From NCBI RefSeq assembly GCF_009914755.1, contig NC_060940.1: 64,000 nt of DNA. One strand, written 5' to 3'. Below are positions 47,289 through 64,000 of the stretch, piece by piece. The notes beneath the pieces were generated by a model. It was not told where the DNA came from. It did no database searches and saw only the letters and a program-made list of their open reading frames with translations. How positions within the stretch are numbered: position 1 is the first letter of the stretch; the number at the start of each line of letters is the position of its first letter. The position numbers and the translations under genes were made by a program. This stretch comes from the human T2T-CHM13v2.0 reference genome, Homo sapiens.

Positions 47289-47389
47289 TGGGACTCTGCT
47301 GGAGGCTGTGAGGAGGGGCTGGAGGAGAGAGATGGGTGTTGGGACTGTGCTGGAGGCTGTAAGGAGGGGCTGGAGGAGAGAGACGGGGG
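47289..47389 (+). repeat. 51-bp tandem duplication (2 copies)
   Basis: tgggact.tgctggaggctgt.aggaggggctggaggagagaga.ggg at 47289 and 47340. Confidence 0.9.
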
Positions 47390-47703
47390 TCCTACCTCAC
47401 AGAGCTGAGCATCTAGGGAGGGAGGAACACGAATCCAGAACCACACACGGAAAGATTCCAAAATGGGGCACACACGGAGAAGGAAGTGTATGAAGGGAAG
47501 TACAATCCAGTCTGCAGTCGGGGAGAGCTTCTTGGAGGAAGTGGGATTGGGTGATGGGCTGAGAAGTCAAGTACAAGGGGTTAAGGCGGTGGGGGCGGGA
47601 GAGGGAACATGGAGCCGGAGTTAGAGAGAGAGGTGAAGGCCTCCTGGGCCCTTCTCAGGGGAAGAAAGCAGGGAGGGCAACAGAGAAGAGTCTCACCCAA
47701 GAC

Positions 47704-47998
47704 TCCAGGACAGGTGGGACGGGGGCTCTTCCAGGGCAGGTCGGTGGGGAGTTCCCTTCGAGGGCAGGTGGGGGGTTCCCTTCCAGGGCAGGTGTGGGGG
47801 GTTCCCTTCCAGGGCAGGTGTCGGGGTTCCTTTCCAGGGCAGGTGGGGGACCCCTTCCATGGCAGGTGGGGGGGGTTCCTTTACCAGGGCAGGTGTGGGG
47901 GCCCCTTCCAAGGCAGGTGGGGGGGTTTCCTTCCAGGGCAGGTTGGGGGTTTCCTTTCAGGACAGGTTGTGGTGGGGGGGCCCCTTCCAAGGCTGGGG
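47704..47998 (+). repeat. G-rich minisatellite, ~11 units of 23-28 bp (TTCCAGGGCAGGTG(T)GnTTCCC)
   Basis: CAGGT recurs at about 47711, 47737, 47765, 47789, 47815, 47840, 47863, 47890, 47914, 47939, 47963. Confidence 0.93.
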
Positions 47999-48262
47999 AT
48001 AGCCTGGAGATGCCACGGCAGAGGAAAGGGGCTAGTAATGGCGAGGCTGCGCTTTAAGACAAAGGACTAAAGAAAGGGTTTTTTTCCTCCTTTGCAAAGA
48101 GACATTTCATGTACAGTTGCCACTTAGGGTTTACAGAGTGTGGGAAATCAATGTTCGCCTTCGTGTTCCCATCCCTTGGTAAAGCACAAAACTAACAGTG
48201 AATGACCATGTGAGAACAATAAACACATTCTTTAGTAAAAGCGCAAGGAGAAATGAACGCAC

Positions 48263-48365
48263 CTCTTCCTGATAGCTGGTCCTGTAGGATCGCTCCAGCT
48301 CCTGATCCAGGAAGTTCAGGCTGAACTGATTAATGGGCGGCTTAAAAAAGTAATCTTTCATCAGG
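48263..48365 (-). CDS. ADCY9: ADCY9 coding exon 6 (LMKDYFFKPPINQFSLNFLDQELERSYRTSYQEE)
   Basis: Acceptor tcttctag|C, donor GAG|gtgcgt, 103 nt; conserved transmembrane-AC motif F.D.ELE..Y before the M2 domain. Confidence 0.96.
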
Positions 48366-48593
48366 CTAGAAGACACAACAAATGCAGTCGATCAATACCC
48401 AGCACCATGACTGTGCCAATGTTTTCAGATCATAATTAGCTACCAAAACGCTGCTCATTAGGTATATTACAACAGCTGCGTCTAAAAGCGCCTGTGGAAC
48501 AGACGCCACTCAGCTGCCCCTTGTTAAAACAGATCTGTGGAAAGTCCTTCGCACCTCAAAGCATAATCATATTTTGTGTTTCACCTTCGTTAA

Positions 48594-48827
<234 letters not shown>

Positions 48828-49421
48828 TAGCAGACGCGGGGTTTCACCATGTTGGTCAGGATGGTCTCGAACTCCTGGGCTCAAGAGATCCACCCATCTC
48901 GGCCTCCCAAAGTGCTGGGATGACAGCGTGAGCTGCTGAGGCTTGTTTTTGAAAACACATTCCTAATGTCTAGGATTAGGAGAAGATGAAGGCAGCTTTT
49001 CTGTTCTTTGAAACAATCTTTTGTGAAGAACACGCAGATCACTGTGCTGAGAGTACTTACATGGATTTGGAGGCTTCAAACGAAAACATAATTCAGAACC
49101 GGCGGTCCTGTCATTCAGAGCACTGACAGTAATTGCCACCGTAAAAGCTAACAGGTTGTTATCACAAAATTGTGTTTATAGTTAGCGTAATTTTGGTGCT
49201 ATTGTCACATATGCAGATTGCATGTGAAACCTGCAAAATGATAAAGCTCAGTGATTTTAATAGCAGGGAAATCAACCCCGCTTTCCATGACTCTTTCATT
49301 CATTTATGAATTGCCAGCAAATAGTAATATCCTTTCTATACTGCAGAAAATTACTAGAAACTAAGGGAACGTTAACATGATTTCAGAAAGCAAATATAGC
49401 TGTGTTAGCCTCTCTCCCTCA

Positions 49422-49700
<279 letters not shown>

Positions 49701-50931
49701 TTACAGCCTGGGTGACAGAGCAAGACTATGTCTCAAAAAAAAAAAAAAGAGTAAATCAGGTGAAATATGTCAAGTGCCTCATGTGCCCCCCACACAAAGT
49801 ACGGCTCATCACGTGTGTTCCTTCCTGTCCTTGCAGCACGGCGGACACTCTCCTTTCTGTGACAGGTATCCAGTAACTTCCAACATTCTCAGACTCAGAA
49901 GAGAAATAATTCTGTCCCAGGACACTGACCCTCTCTCCTCCCCTGACTCAGGGAGTGTGGACTGAGGGAAGAGCAACCACGCAGCTGCAGAGAGGATGTG
50001 CACAAGGCCACATTTTAGCAGTCAAGTGGCAGAAGCGACACTGCTATTAGCTGTGCTGCTCCATTTATTTCTTATTTGTTTTTTGAGATGGAGACTCGCT
50101 CTGTTGCCCAGGCTGGAGTTGCAGTGCTGCGATCTCAGCTCATTGCAGCCTCTGCCTCCTGGGTTCAAGCGATTCTCCTACCTCAGCCTCCTGAGTAGCT
50201 GGGATGACAGGCACCCGCCACCACGCCCAGCTAATTTTTGTACTTTTAGTAGAGACGGGGTTTCACCTTGTTGGCCAGGCTGGTCTTGAACCCCTGACTT
50301 CAGGTGATCTACCTGCCTCGGCCTCCCAAAGTGTTGGGATTATAGGCGTGAGCCACAGCGCCTGGCTGAAAATCACCCTTTGAGGCATTATAGTGAAGAC
50401 AGAGGCAAGAATCATCAATGAATGTTAAATCTAGGGAATTCTGATGGGGAATGAAATATGTACAAGATCTTCAAGTATTTTCTCACAGATTGCTTATTAG
50501 TCATAAGAGGAATATAATAACCCTAGATGAGAGAACCCGGCACCACCTTGCCTAATTAATCAAAATTAGTATCACTAATGAGGAACAGACGGGCACTGCG
50601 TGTCCCTGGAGAGGACACCCTGAGGAGGACACGGCATCCCTTCTGCAGTCTCTGCCTGGCCAGAGGGAGAGCCTGAATCTAACCAATCCAACTTCAGGAA
50701 TATTTGATAAAAGGACTGGACCTGTATTTTTCAAAAATGTTACCATTAGGCCAGGCACAGGCTCACACCTGTAATCCCAGCACTTTAGGAGGCCGAGGCG
50801 GGCAGATCACCTGAGGCCAAGAGTTCGAGACCCGCCTGGCCAACATGTTAAAAACCCATCTCTACTAAAAACACAAAAATTAGCTGGGCATGGTTGTGTA
50901 TGCCTGTAGTCCCAGCTACTTGAGAGACCTA

Positions 50932-51027
<96 letters not shown>

Positions 51028-51117
51028 TTATAAAAAAAAAAAAAAAAAAAAAAAAGCCAGGCGTGGTGGCTCACGCCTATAATCCCAGCACTCTGGGAGG
51101 GTGGGGTAGGTGGATCA

Positions 51118-52347
<1,230 letters not shown>

Positions 52348-52672
52348 CTATATTCTATCATAAACTGAGTCCAGCTTCCAGTACCACAAATCCCCTCCCG
52401 GCACTCGAATCCACGCATTTTAAACCCTTATTGGCCTTTAAAGGAATCCCGCCCAGCTCAGCCCCTGAGCGCTGGTTTCCACGTGGGTTGCTGCTGACCC
52501 TCCCTCGAGCTCCCTGCCGGTCTCTTCAACACCCGGAGGACCCGCGGGTGCGGAGTGGTGTTACCCAAGAGGAGTTACTCTCAGAACTAAGAAGTCGACA
52601 AGACAGGAATGTCACCTTGGGTGGATGCGCCAGGAGAGGAACTGACAGGAACAACAGCCATGAGCTTGTTAC

Positions 52673-52777
52673 CTTGGTGCTGTTTTTATGCTCGTCTTGG
52701 CAGCCGTTTTGAGGTGCTCCTCCCTCGGCGCCGGCTTCAGATTTGGGAGCAAATGTGATTCCGCACGAAGGGCAGGT
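52673..52777 (-). CDS. ADCY9: ADCY9 coding exon 4 (C1b region; TCPSCGITFAPKSEAGAEGGAPQNGCQDEHKNSTK)
   Basis: Acceptor ttcttctag|ACC, donor AAG|gtaaca, 105 nt, phase 0/0, joins exon 5 in frame. Confidence 0.93.
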
Positions 52778-52989
52778 CTAGAAGAAAAACACAGACTGTG
52801 GGGACACACCCAGAAACCGCGACTGCCACCCTGAATTCAGGCAGGTCCGCTGTTGCCATCTGCCGTCACGCAGCATGGTGGTGAGCAAGGGGAAGGCACA
52901 CAGAACCGCTCGGGGATGAGCTGAAAGCCAACGGGCAAAGTGACAGTGGAAACACACAGAAACCCGGGCACGAACGCAACAGGACCCAA

Positions 52990-54075
<1,086 letters not shown>

Positions 54076-55989
54076 AAGTAAAGAAACTGGCCACCAACTA
54101 TGCGAGGACACAAATCCAAGGTTCTTAAGCTCCGTGTGATGGTGAGCTAGTCTCATAAGATGGGCTGAATAATCAAAGGTACACGATTTCCAGATCTAGG
54201 CGTACTTAAAAGTTTATAGGAATTAATGGACCTAGAAAAGAGAAGGCAAGATTTAATACAGGTACCCTAAAAAGAGCAAAGCCTTTATTTCTCATAAACT
54301 AGGATTCAAACCCTAGTCAAGTACTTACTAGTTTGGAGACTCTGTTCAAATCACTTTACCTCAGTTCCCTCATCTATAAACCAAGAGTGAAGATATGTTG
54401 CTAAGAATTAAATGAAATTGGCTGGGTGTGGCGGCTGTAATCCCAGCACTTTGGGAAGCTGGGGTGGGAGGATGGCTTGAGTCCAGGAATTTGAGGCCAG
54501 CCTGGGCAACATGGCAAAACCCTGCCTCAACAAAAAGCATAAAAATTAGCCTGGCCTGGTGGCATGTGCCTGTAGTCCCAGCTACTTGTGGGGCTGAGGT
54601 GGGAGGGCTGCTTGAGTCTGGGAGGTCAAGGCTGCAGTGAGCTTTGATGGTGCCACTGCACTCCAGCCTGGGGCAAAAGAGAAAGACCCTGTCTTAAAAA
54701 AATAATAATTAAATGAAATAAGTATATATATAGCCTAGCACAGTTCCTGGCATACAGTATACCCGTAATAAACTTATTATTATTATTAATGTGACCAGGT
54801 AACCTAGGAACCATCTAAGAAAGCAACTAACAGCTTCCAATGAAGAAGACAAACCGTGGCAAGAAATATATTTTTTTTTTTTTTGGACTCAAAAGCAATT
54901 TCCTTGCAGCAAGAAGTGTAAAACATTGAAATAAATTATGGGAGGCCAGATCTTATTTTGGAAATTTAAAGTAAGTGTCACTACCTAAGGGCAAAGATAT
55001 GACCCAGGTTGTATTTAAAGTTAGACTGCAGACCTGTACTATATTAAATAAAAGAAACAAAGATTCTACAGGGTTGTATAGTTTGGGAATCTGATGTAAC
55101 ATACAAGCTAAATTTGAACATTTGTATGCATTCAAAAAATGAAAATATACATGCCAAAACAGCTAGCGAAATCATTAATTAACATATCTGAGCAAATAAT
55201 GGCATCTAGATAACATTTGCTTACAGCTCTTTAAAAACTGACATTATCAACAGAGGTAAAATGTTCTAGTTATCAATAACATACAGTGAGTCTATTTGAA
55301 AGCACGTCTTGGTATTGACTGGCAGAGTTAAACTTCTAAACATTTTGCTGGTGTGCTGGCTCACACCTGTAATCCCAGAACTTTGGGAGGCCGAAGCAGG
55401 AGGACTGCTTAGGGCCAGGAGTTCAAGACCAGCCTGGGCAACATAGGGAGACCTTGTCTCTACTAAAAATAAAACCAATTAGCTGACCTTGATGGCACGT
55501 GCCTGTGGTCCCAGCCACTCGGGAGGCTGAGGCAGGAGGATTGCTTCAGCGAAGGAAGTCAAGGCTGCAGTGCACTGTGATTGTGCCACTGCACTCCAGC
55601 GTGGGTGACAGAGCAAACCCATTCTCAAAATACATATATATATGTATAAATATGTATATATTTGCCAATGAGACCACTGCTCTTATTAAATGTAAAAAAA
55701 TCTAACACCAAGAGAAGAATAAAATAGGTGTGCCTGATACCCATGCCTAAAAGATGCCTGAGGGAACTCTCTGGTGTGGCTAAGGTGGGGGGCTTGGTGC
55801 TTGATGGGGCACACCAGCCATTTCAGGGCCCAACCGGTAGACCAGGAAAGGAAGCTGGAGGTGTGGAAGCGTCTGCTGCACTTGGCTCAGCCAAAGCCCG
55901 AAGTGCAAGTGCGTGCTCAGTAAATGCTGGTAGTGAATATGAAAACTTCTGTTAACTATGCTCTCTGGTCATTAAAGTTCATCTGGTAA

Positions 55990-56506
<517 letters not shown>

Positions 56507-56552
56507 TAAGCATTTAGAGCCATGAATGTGTCACCGTGACAGTCAAACCAAC

Positions 56553-56571
56553 TTGGCACCAGAGGGCACAC
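56553..56571 (+). promoter_or_regulatory. Candidate CTCF site
   Basis: TTGGCACCAGAGGGCACAC versus consensus TGGCCACCAGRKGGCRC. Confidence 0.4.
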
Positions 56572-57028
56572 TGAGGACAGGGGGCTCCATGCCCTCCACA
56601 AGGGCTTCCCTCAGAGGGGCTGGAAGGCCGGTGCAGCCCGGGCATGCCCACTGGGATGAGGCTGAGCTCTGGGGGCCTGGGGCAGTGGTCTCCACAGGTG
56701 GGGAACTCAGTGCTTTGCTTACATCCCCTTGAACAGAGGCCGAGGCCTGCACCCTGCAGTGATAAGAAGTTCTGATACAGAAGTGAGGTCTGGCAGAGCC
56801 GCCCACAAATGGCAAATGAGGCTGCGCTTGCAGAAGGAAGGGGGCTGTCTGGGTCACATGGCCAGCTGTAGACACCCACGCTCGGGCCTCCTGAGGGCCG
56901 GGACAGTGCTCACTGCCTATTCCATTCCCAGCAGGTTTGTCCGGGAAGTGGGAGTATGGGAGGTGGGGGGAGAGCCAGGTGCAGACTCCAGGCCGCGCTG
57001 GGTGGCATGGTCCCACAGACCTGTGTCA

Positions 57029-57398
<370 letters not shown>

Positions 57399-57681
57399 TC
57401 AAACAAATGAAACAAAAGAAATCTTAGAGCTGGGTGTGGTGGCTTGCTTGAGCCCAGGAGTTTGAGATCAACCTGGGCAATGTATCAAGACCCCATCTCT
57501 ACAAAAGCTTTTTAAAAATTTTAGAAATTAGCTGGGCACAGTGGTGTGTGCTTGTAGTCCCAGCTACTCAGGAGGCTGAAGTGGGAGGGTCGCTTGAGCC
57601 CAGGAGGGAGAGGCTGCCATGAGCTATGGTCATGCCACTGTACTGCAGACTGGGTCATAGAGCAAGACCTTGTCTCTTTAA

Positions 57682-58057
<376 letters not shown>

Positions 58058-59439
58058 CTACCCAATGGAGAGATTCTCACATCTCAACATCCCCTTCTGA
58101 GCTGTAGTTAGAGGCCCCTTCTGTACCAGGAGGGTCCCACCATGCAATGGTGGGTGGGTTTGTTTCCCTCCCCTGACCTCCTACCCCCCAACCCCCATGG
58201 CAATTTTCCTTGAGCGATTCATTAGCTTAATTTTAATCTGGATTAAGACATTTCACAACATGTTTTTTGCCAAGTACAGATGCCTCTGTGAAATGTTTCC
58301 CAGCCGGCTAAACAGCGTCTCCCCCTGCACAGCTGCAGGCATCTCCACCCCTGCTGAGAAGCCCTCCCTGGGAAGAGTATTTCTGACTCCAGGAAGCTGC
58401 AGGCATGGAAGCACCTCACTGCCTTGGGAGACAACCCTAGCAGCTGGCTCACAGGGAGCCACACGGGCAGGCACATTAGAGAAAAAGCAGTGTCATAATG
58501 ACAGTAGCTACTATGACTTAGGAATGTCTATGGGCCAAGATCCTACCCGTGAACAAGTCGGGCCCCCATCCACGCAATATCTGCAGTCTCGACTGTATGA
58601 TCTCATCCTTTGCAGCCACACTGTGAGGCAGCAATGATCATTCCGCAGACGGCCACAGACTCCAGGGCCCTGGGACCCAGACCACCGTCATATGGCTCTG
58701 GCCCCCTTTCCTGGCACAAGGAGGACCCAGGAATAATCCTGGCACCTTGCTCTCCTGGGCCTTGTTTCCCTAGAGTGACCTGAGCAGCTATGCCTGTCCT
58801 CCTGGTTCTTCCAAGCAGCACCCTGGGCCCTCCGGCATCAAGGGAAGTCTCAAGACTTCTAAGGTCCTCCCAGCAGCACGCCTGGCGGGCCAGGGAGTTT
58901 GCTGGCTGTTGCCTGGGTAACCTGAGATTCCCTGGAGAACGCCCAAGAGCAAACTCTGCATTTTTCCGGATTATCTTTGCTCCTTCCCCCATGTGGACGT
59001 GGGCTTTGGAGGGAAGAGTGTAGCCATTTCTCTAACACACTTGGGCACATTTGCATTTGTTTTTAACACATTTCAGGACGTGCACCCTACATTCCGGTCA
59101 AAATATATGGCACAAAGCTATAAAATCGTTTTTTCTTCAAGGTTATTTCTCATCACAAGATAAATCATTTCTAAGCCAACAGCTGTCCCTTTTCAAAACT
59201 GTCAAGGGAGGGAGTGGGGAAACCTCTTTTCTCAGAAATGAGGAGGATACACCAGTAGAAGAGCCCTGGCTTTGCCTGCTTCGTCTTCTCAACACGACTG
59301 TTTTGCAAGATGTCGTGTTATCAGAAGCATCCTTTGCTCCCAAACTCAAAATGATGTTAACATGGTGAGCAGGAATAGTCATGATATTGCAACCACAATA
59401 ACCACAAACACAATTTCCTGAGGTGTTCTTTGAAACTCC

Positions 59440-59600
59440 TTGTATCTGCTTAACCCTCGTAAGCAACCACGATGCAGGTACTATGATCGGTTCCATTTTA
59501 CAGATGAGGACACTGAGACAGAGCAAGCACTGGCCCAGAGCCACACGGTACGGTCGGAACCGCGTAAAGAGGCGGTGAGCCCAGGCAGCAGAGCTCCTGG
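59440..59600 (-). mobile_element. MIR (other MIR fragments near 30150-30225, 42900-42965, 45420-45570, 46760-46880, 54300-54790)
   Basis: ccattttacagatgaggacactgagacagag core. Confidence 0.7.
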
Positions 59601-60205
59601 CCCCAACGATCTCCAGGTGAACGGGGCAGCCTGTCAGTGCGGCAGAGCCATGGGGCTAACTCTATGTCCCTGGCATTGCTGTTTAAGCTAACAGGTTAGG
59701 TACGGGCATAAGTACAAAATAGAGTATTTCTGCTAATGCAACATTAGAGAAAAATAGAAGCAGAATATTAGAAGAAAAGATAAGCAGTAATTATCACAGA
59801 AAAAGAAATTTTCTTACATCCCCAAAGCAGTAAGAACAGACAGCAGATGGCCTGAGAATACTAGACAAGTCACCACATGAACACACACGTGTAAAACTCA
59901 CACACACAATCTCAGAGCCACACGGGGCGGAGTCGAAAAGTCCCTGGACCTCTCACTCAATCCCTTAGCCCTAAAGGACCACTGGGCTCAATAACCAGGC
60001 TGGTGATGGCGATCCGAGTCAAGAATAGATGAAAATATACTCAGCAGACTGTCAGGCAGGAAGACTGTTACCAGCTGTGGAAACAGTCCATCATGAAGTC
60101 AAGATAAGAAAATATTTGGCATCTGGGGAAATTTCATGGAAATGCAATATTTCACTCTCTGGCAATGCCAGTTCAATGATTCCGCACATACATTTCCATC
60201 CCTCT

Positions 60206-60209
<4 letters not shown>

Positions 60210-60260
<51 letters not shown>
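60210..60260. repeat. (CA)~25
   Basis: Direct. Confidence 0.95.
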
Positions 60261-61440
<1,180 letters not shown>

Positions 61441-62386
61441 ACTTATAATAAATACCTATTTAATTTCTAAGCTATATATATTTATATATGTATGTGTCTA
61501 TAAAATATGAAATCATTTTTTCAATTTCTATAACGAATGAAAAGCCCCTTACTTCCTCAAATTGGGCCGACTGAGCCTACTCATAATGACTTGACACATA
61601 GAAAACAAGTAGATAAAAGAAGTTATCATTTAGGGTCATTTTCAAAATTCACTGTCACAAAAGGATGGTTCCTGAGGTGAGTGGCCTTAAAGGGGAAGGA
61701 GAAACCTTTTGAAAGCAGGACAGGTCCTCTCTGAGTCATCCCCGTATGGGTAAATCTACATCACTAGCTTCATTACTGACTGGTCCATGTAGAAACACCC
61801 AGTGGCCAAGCAGCCCGGGGTTCTGAATAATAGATGAAGGTAAACTCAGGAAGACCAGCCACGCAGGTGCGCTCCAGGGAGGCCTTTCAGAGATGTACTA
61901 AGATGCTTTCACAGCTCAAATGGTTCCCTGATCAGAAGTAATGTGATACAAGTAATTCAATTTTGGGTTTTCTTTTCTTTTCGAGATGGAGTCTCACTCT
62001 ATTGCCCAGTCTGAAGTGCAGTGGCGTGGTCTCAGCTCACTGCAACCTTCACCTACTAGGTTCAAGGGATCCTCCTGCCTCAGCCTCCTGAGTGGCTTAG
62101 GACTACAGGCATATGCCACCACACCTGGCTAATTTTTGTATTTTTAGTAGAGATGGGGTTTCACCATGTTGGCCAGGCTGGCCTTGAACTCCTGACCGCA
62201 GGTGATCTCTCTGCCTCGGCCTCCCAAAGTGCTGGGATTACAGGCATGAGCCACTGAGCCCAGTTGGGTTTTCTTTTTCTTCATGAAGATGTTGGAAAAG
62301 CTGTTTTTATTGATATATGGCATCTAGATCCACTCATCACCCACAGGGTTCATGAGAAAATGGAAAGCAAATGCCTGCTGGAGCGC

Positions 62387-62394
62387 TGACGTCA
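62387..62394. promoter_or_regulatory. Full palindromic CRE TGACGTCA in intron 3
   Basis: Exact motif in unique, CpG-retaining sequence; AP-1 TGAGTCA at 61732-61738. Confidence 0.35.
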
Positions 62395-64000
62395 CATTCA
62401 ACAGGCCAAGGCACACATGCTCCCGTGTCATACAAGTGACTTGGTTACGGCCGAGAGCATCCAACCCACAGCAATGCTCAGCCGCAATCACTGTGAGAAT
62501 CTCCCTCGAATCGGAACCGTGGAGAAGATGGGACCTTCCCCAGAGAGTCAGTGACTTCCTGCAGGCAAGCTGGGACCGTCTCTCGGCCCCTCCCAGTCCT
62601 CCATGGCTCCGTCTGTGGTCACTGTCCCTGCTCTGCGTGGAGTGAAGGCGTGCGTGCCGAGTGTGAGCGAGGCTTCTTCTCAGCCCTGGCGTCCACAGGC
62701 ACCATTCCGGCTCATCTCCCAGCAATCCCGAGAGGTCTCTTCCTTATCACCACCGCACTGAAGAGGAAAACTCTCACTTAGAGGAATTAAGTGTGTGTTT
62801 GCTCTTTCTTTTCTTTTTTTTTTTTTTTTTTTGAGACAGTGTCTCATTCTGTCACCCTGGTTGGAGTGCAGTGGCATCATCACAGCTCACTGCAGCCTCT
62901 AACTCCTGGGCTCAAGCGATCTTCCTGCCTCAGCTGTCTGAGTGGCTAGGACTACAGGCATGAGCCACTGCACCTGGCTGCAGTTTCTTCACAGTCGCAA
63001 AGCCAAGGCTTGAGAAGGGTCTTGCTTCAAGTTGCGCCCCTGCCCGCCGTGGTCCGCCTCCCCTCCGCGACGCTGACAGTGGCGTCCTCATGTCTAATGC
63101 TTACTCCTTGGTTTCCTTCTTGACCTCTCCTTCCTTCACTCGGGCAGTATCTGTCCCCCACATTATGCAATGTCAGGGCCCTTAGGATGAGGACCTCTCA
63201 CTGCTGGTCATTTCAAGAACCCAAGGCCAGGCACAGTGGCTCATGACTGTAATCCCAGCATTTTAAGAGGCCAAGGCAGGAGGATGGTATAACCCCAGGA
63301 GTTGGCAACCATCCTGGGCAATATAGCAAAAAAAAAAAAATTTAAAAATTAGCTAGGCATAGTGGCACATGCCTGTGGTCCTAGCTACTCAGCAGGTTGA
63401 CTTGGGAGGATCACTTGAGCCTGAGAGTTTCGAGCTGCAGTGAGCTAAGATCATACCACTGGTACTCTAGCCTGGGCAACAGAGCGAGATCCCATCTCTT
63501 TAAAAAAAAAAAAAAAAAAAAAAAGAAGCCAACACTTGGGTGTAGAAAGGGTTCCCTTTGAGCTATGACTTCAGGACCAAAGCCCTGGCCTTTGACATCA
63601 CTATCATTTCCTGGTAGGTCGTTACAGTACACAGGTTATGTTACATTAGATAAGAATTTTCCAGCTATGACCTAGGAGATGACTTAAGGTCACAGAGGAC
63701 ACACATGCTAAGGGCAGGAAATAAACCCTTCGTGGGCGCTGCCCTGGTTCTACACAGTTCTGCTCGGGCTTCTGACTTCAGTCCTTCGCCTGGCTCTGCA
63801 GAGCTGCATCGCTCCATGTGTTTAATTAAAGAATTAAAAAGCCAAAAAGAAACTGTTAATTACTACATGCCAGGCACCATGCTCGACACTTGGGAAATAT
63901 TTAAGTTATTTAACACTCAGTCTCTGAATGCAAAGAGCTCCCAGGAAGACGCATAAGAAACAAAGATTTAAGATCGTGTATGTTACAGCCAAGTGGGACA

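Noticed and set aside
47609-48070. Repetitive Gly/Pro-rich ORFs and a CRISPR-like repeat look
   Set aside because: Head-to-tail minisatellite without unique spacers; eukaryotic context with no cas genes

Overview
Human (primate) genomic DNA, very Alu-dense. It carries the 3' half of ADCY9 (adenylyl cyclase 9, 16p13.3) on the minus strand: coding exons 4-11 (105, 218, 103, 209, 160, 149, 42 and 1192 nt) with GT-AG boundaries that splice into one open frame ending ...NVSKSV*, and a ~3.1 kb 3' UTR. Exon and residue numbers assume the known 11-exon, 1353-aa model and are consistent with its landmarks (I772, N955, Y1082, A1112, S1273). The remaining ~22 kb is downstream intergenic DNA with Alu, L1, Tigger3 and LTR elements. 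I found no prokaryotic-type system, RNA gene, CRISPR array or foreign insert, and almost all other ORFs in the track are Alu, antisense or GC-rich artefacts. The best leads are: (1) a distal alternative last exon (~12700-12839) giving an AC9 without TM12/C2; (2) a compact MEF2/E-box/MEIS/TEAD muscle-type module at ~8.85 kb with a possible convergent spliced lncRNA; (3) an in-frame second donor for exon 4 (+19 aa); (4) 18 consecutive same-orientation Alus whose boundary favours a stop-free 369-nt exon 7-8 circle; (5) a 3' UTR with a proximal PAS/ARE switch upstream of miR-181, miR-142 and Pumilio sites; (6) Ser rather than Asn at residue 1154. All of these are sequence-level predictions and some may already be annotated.
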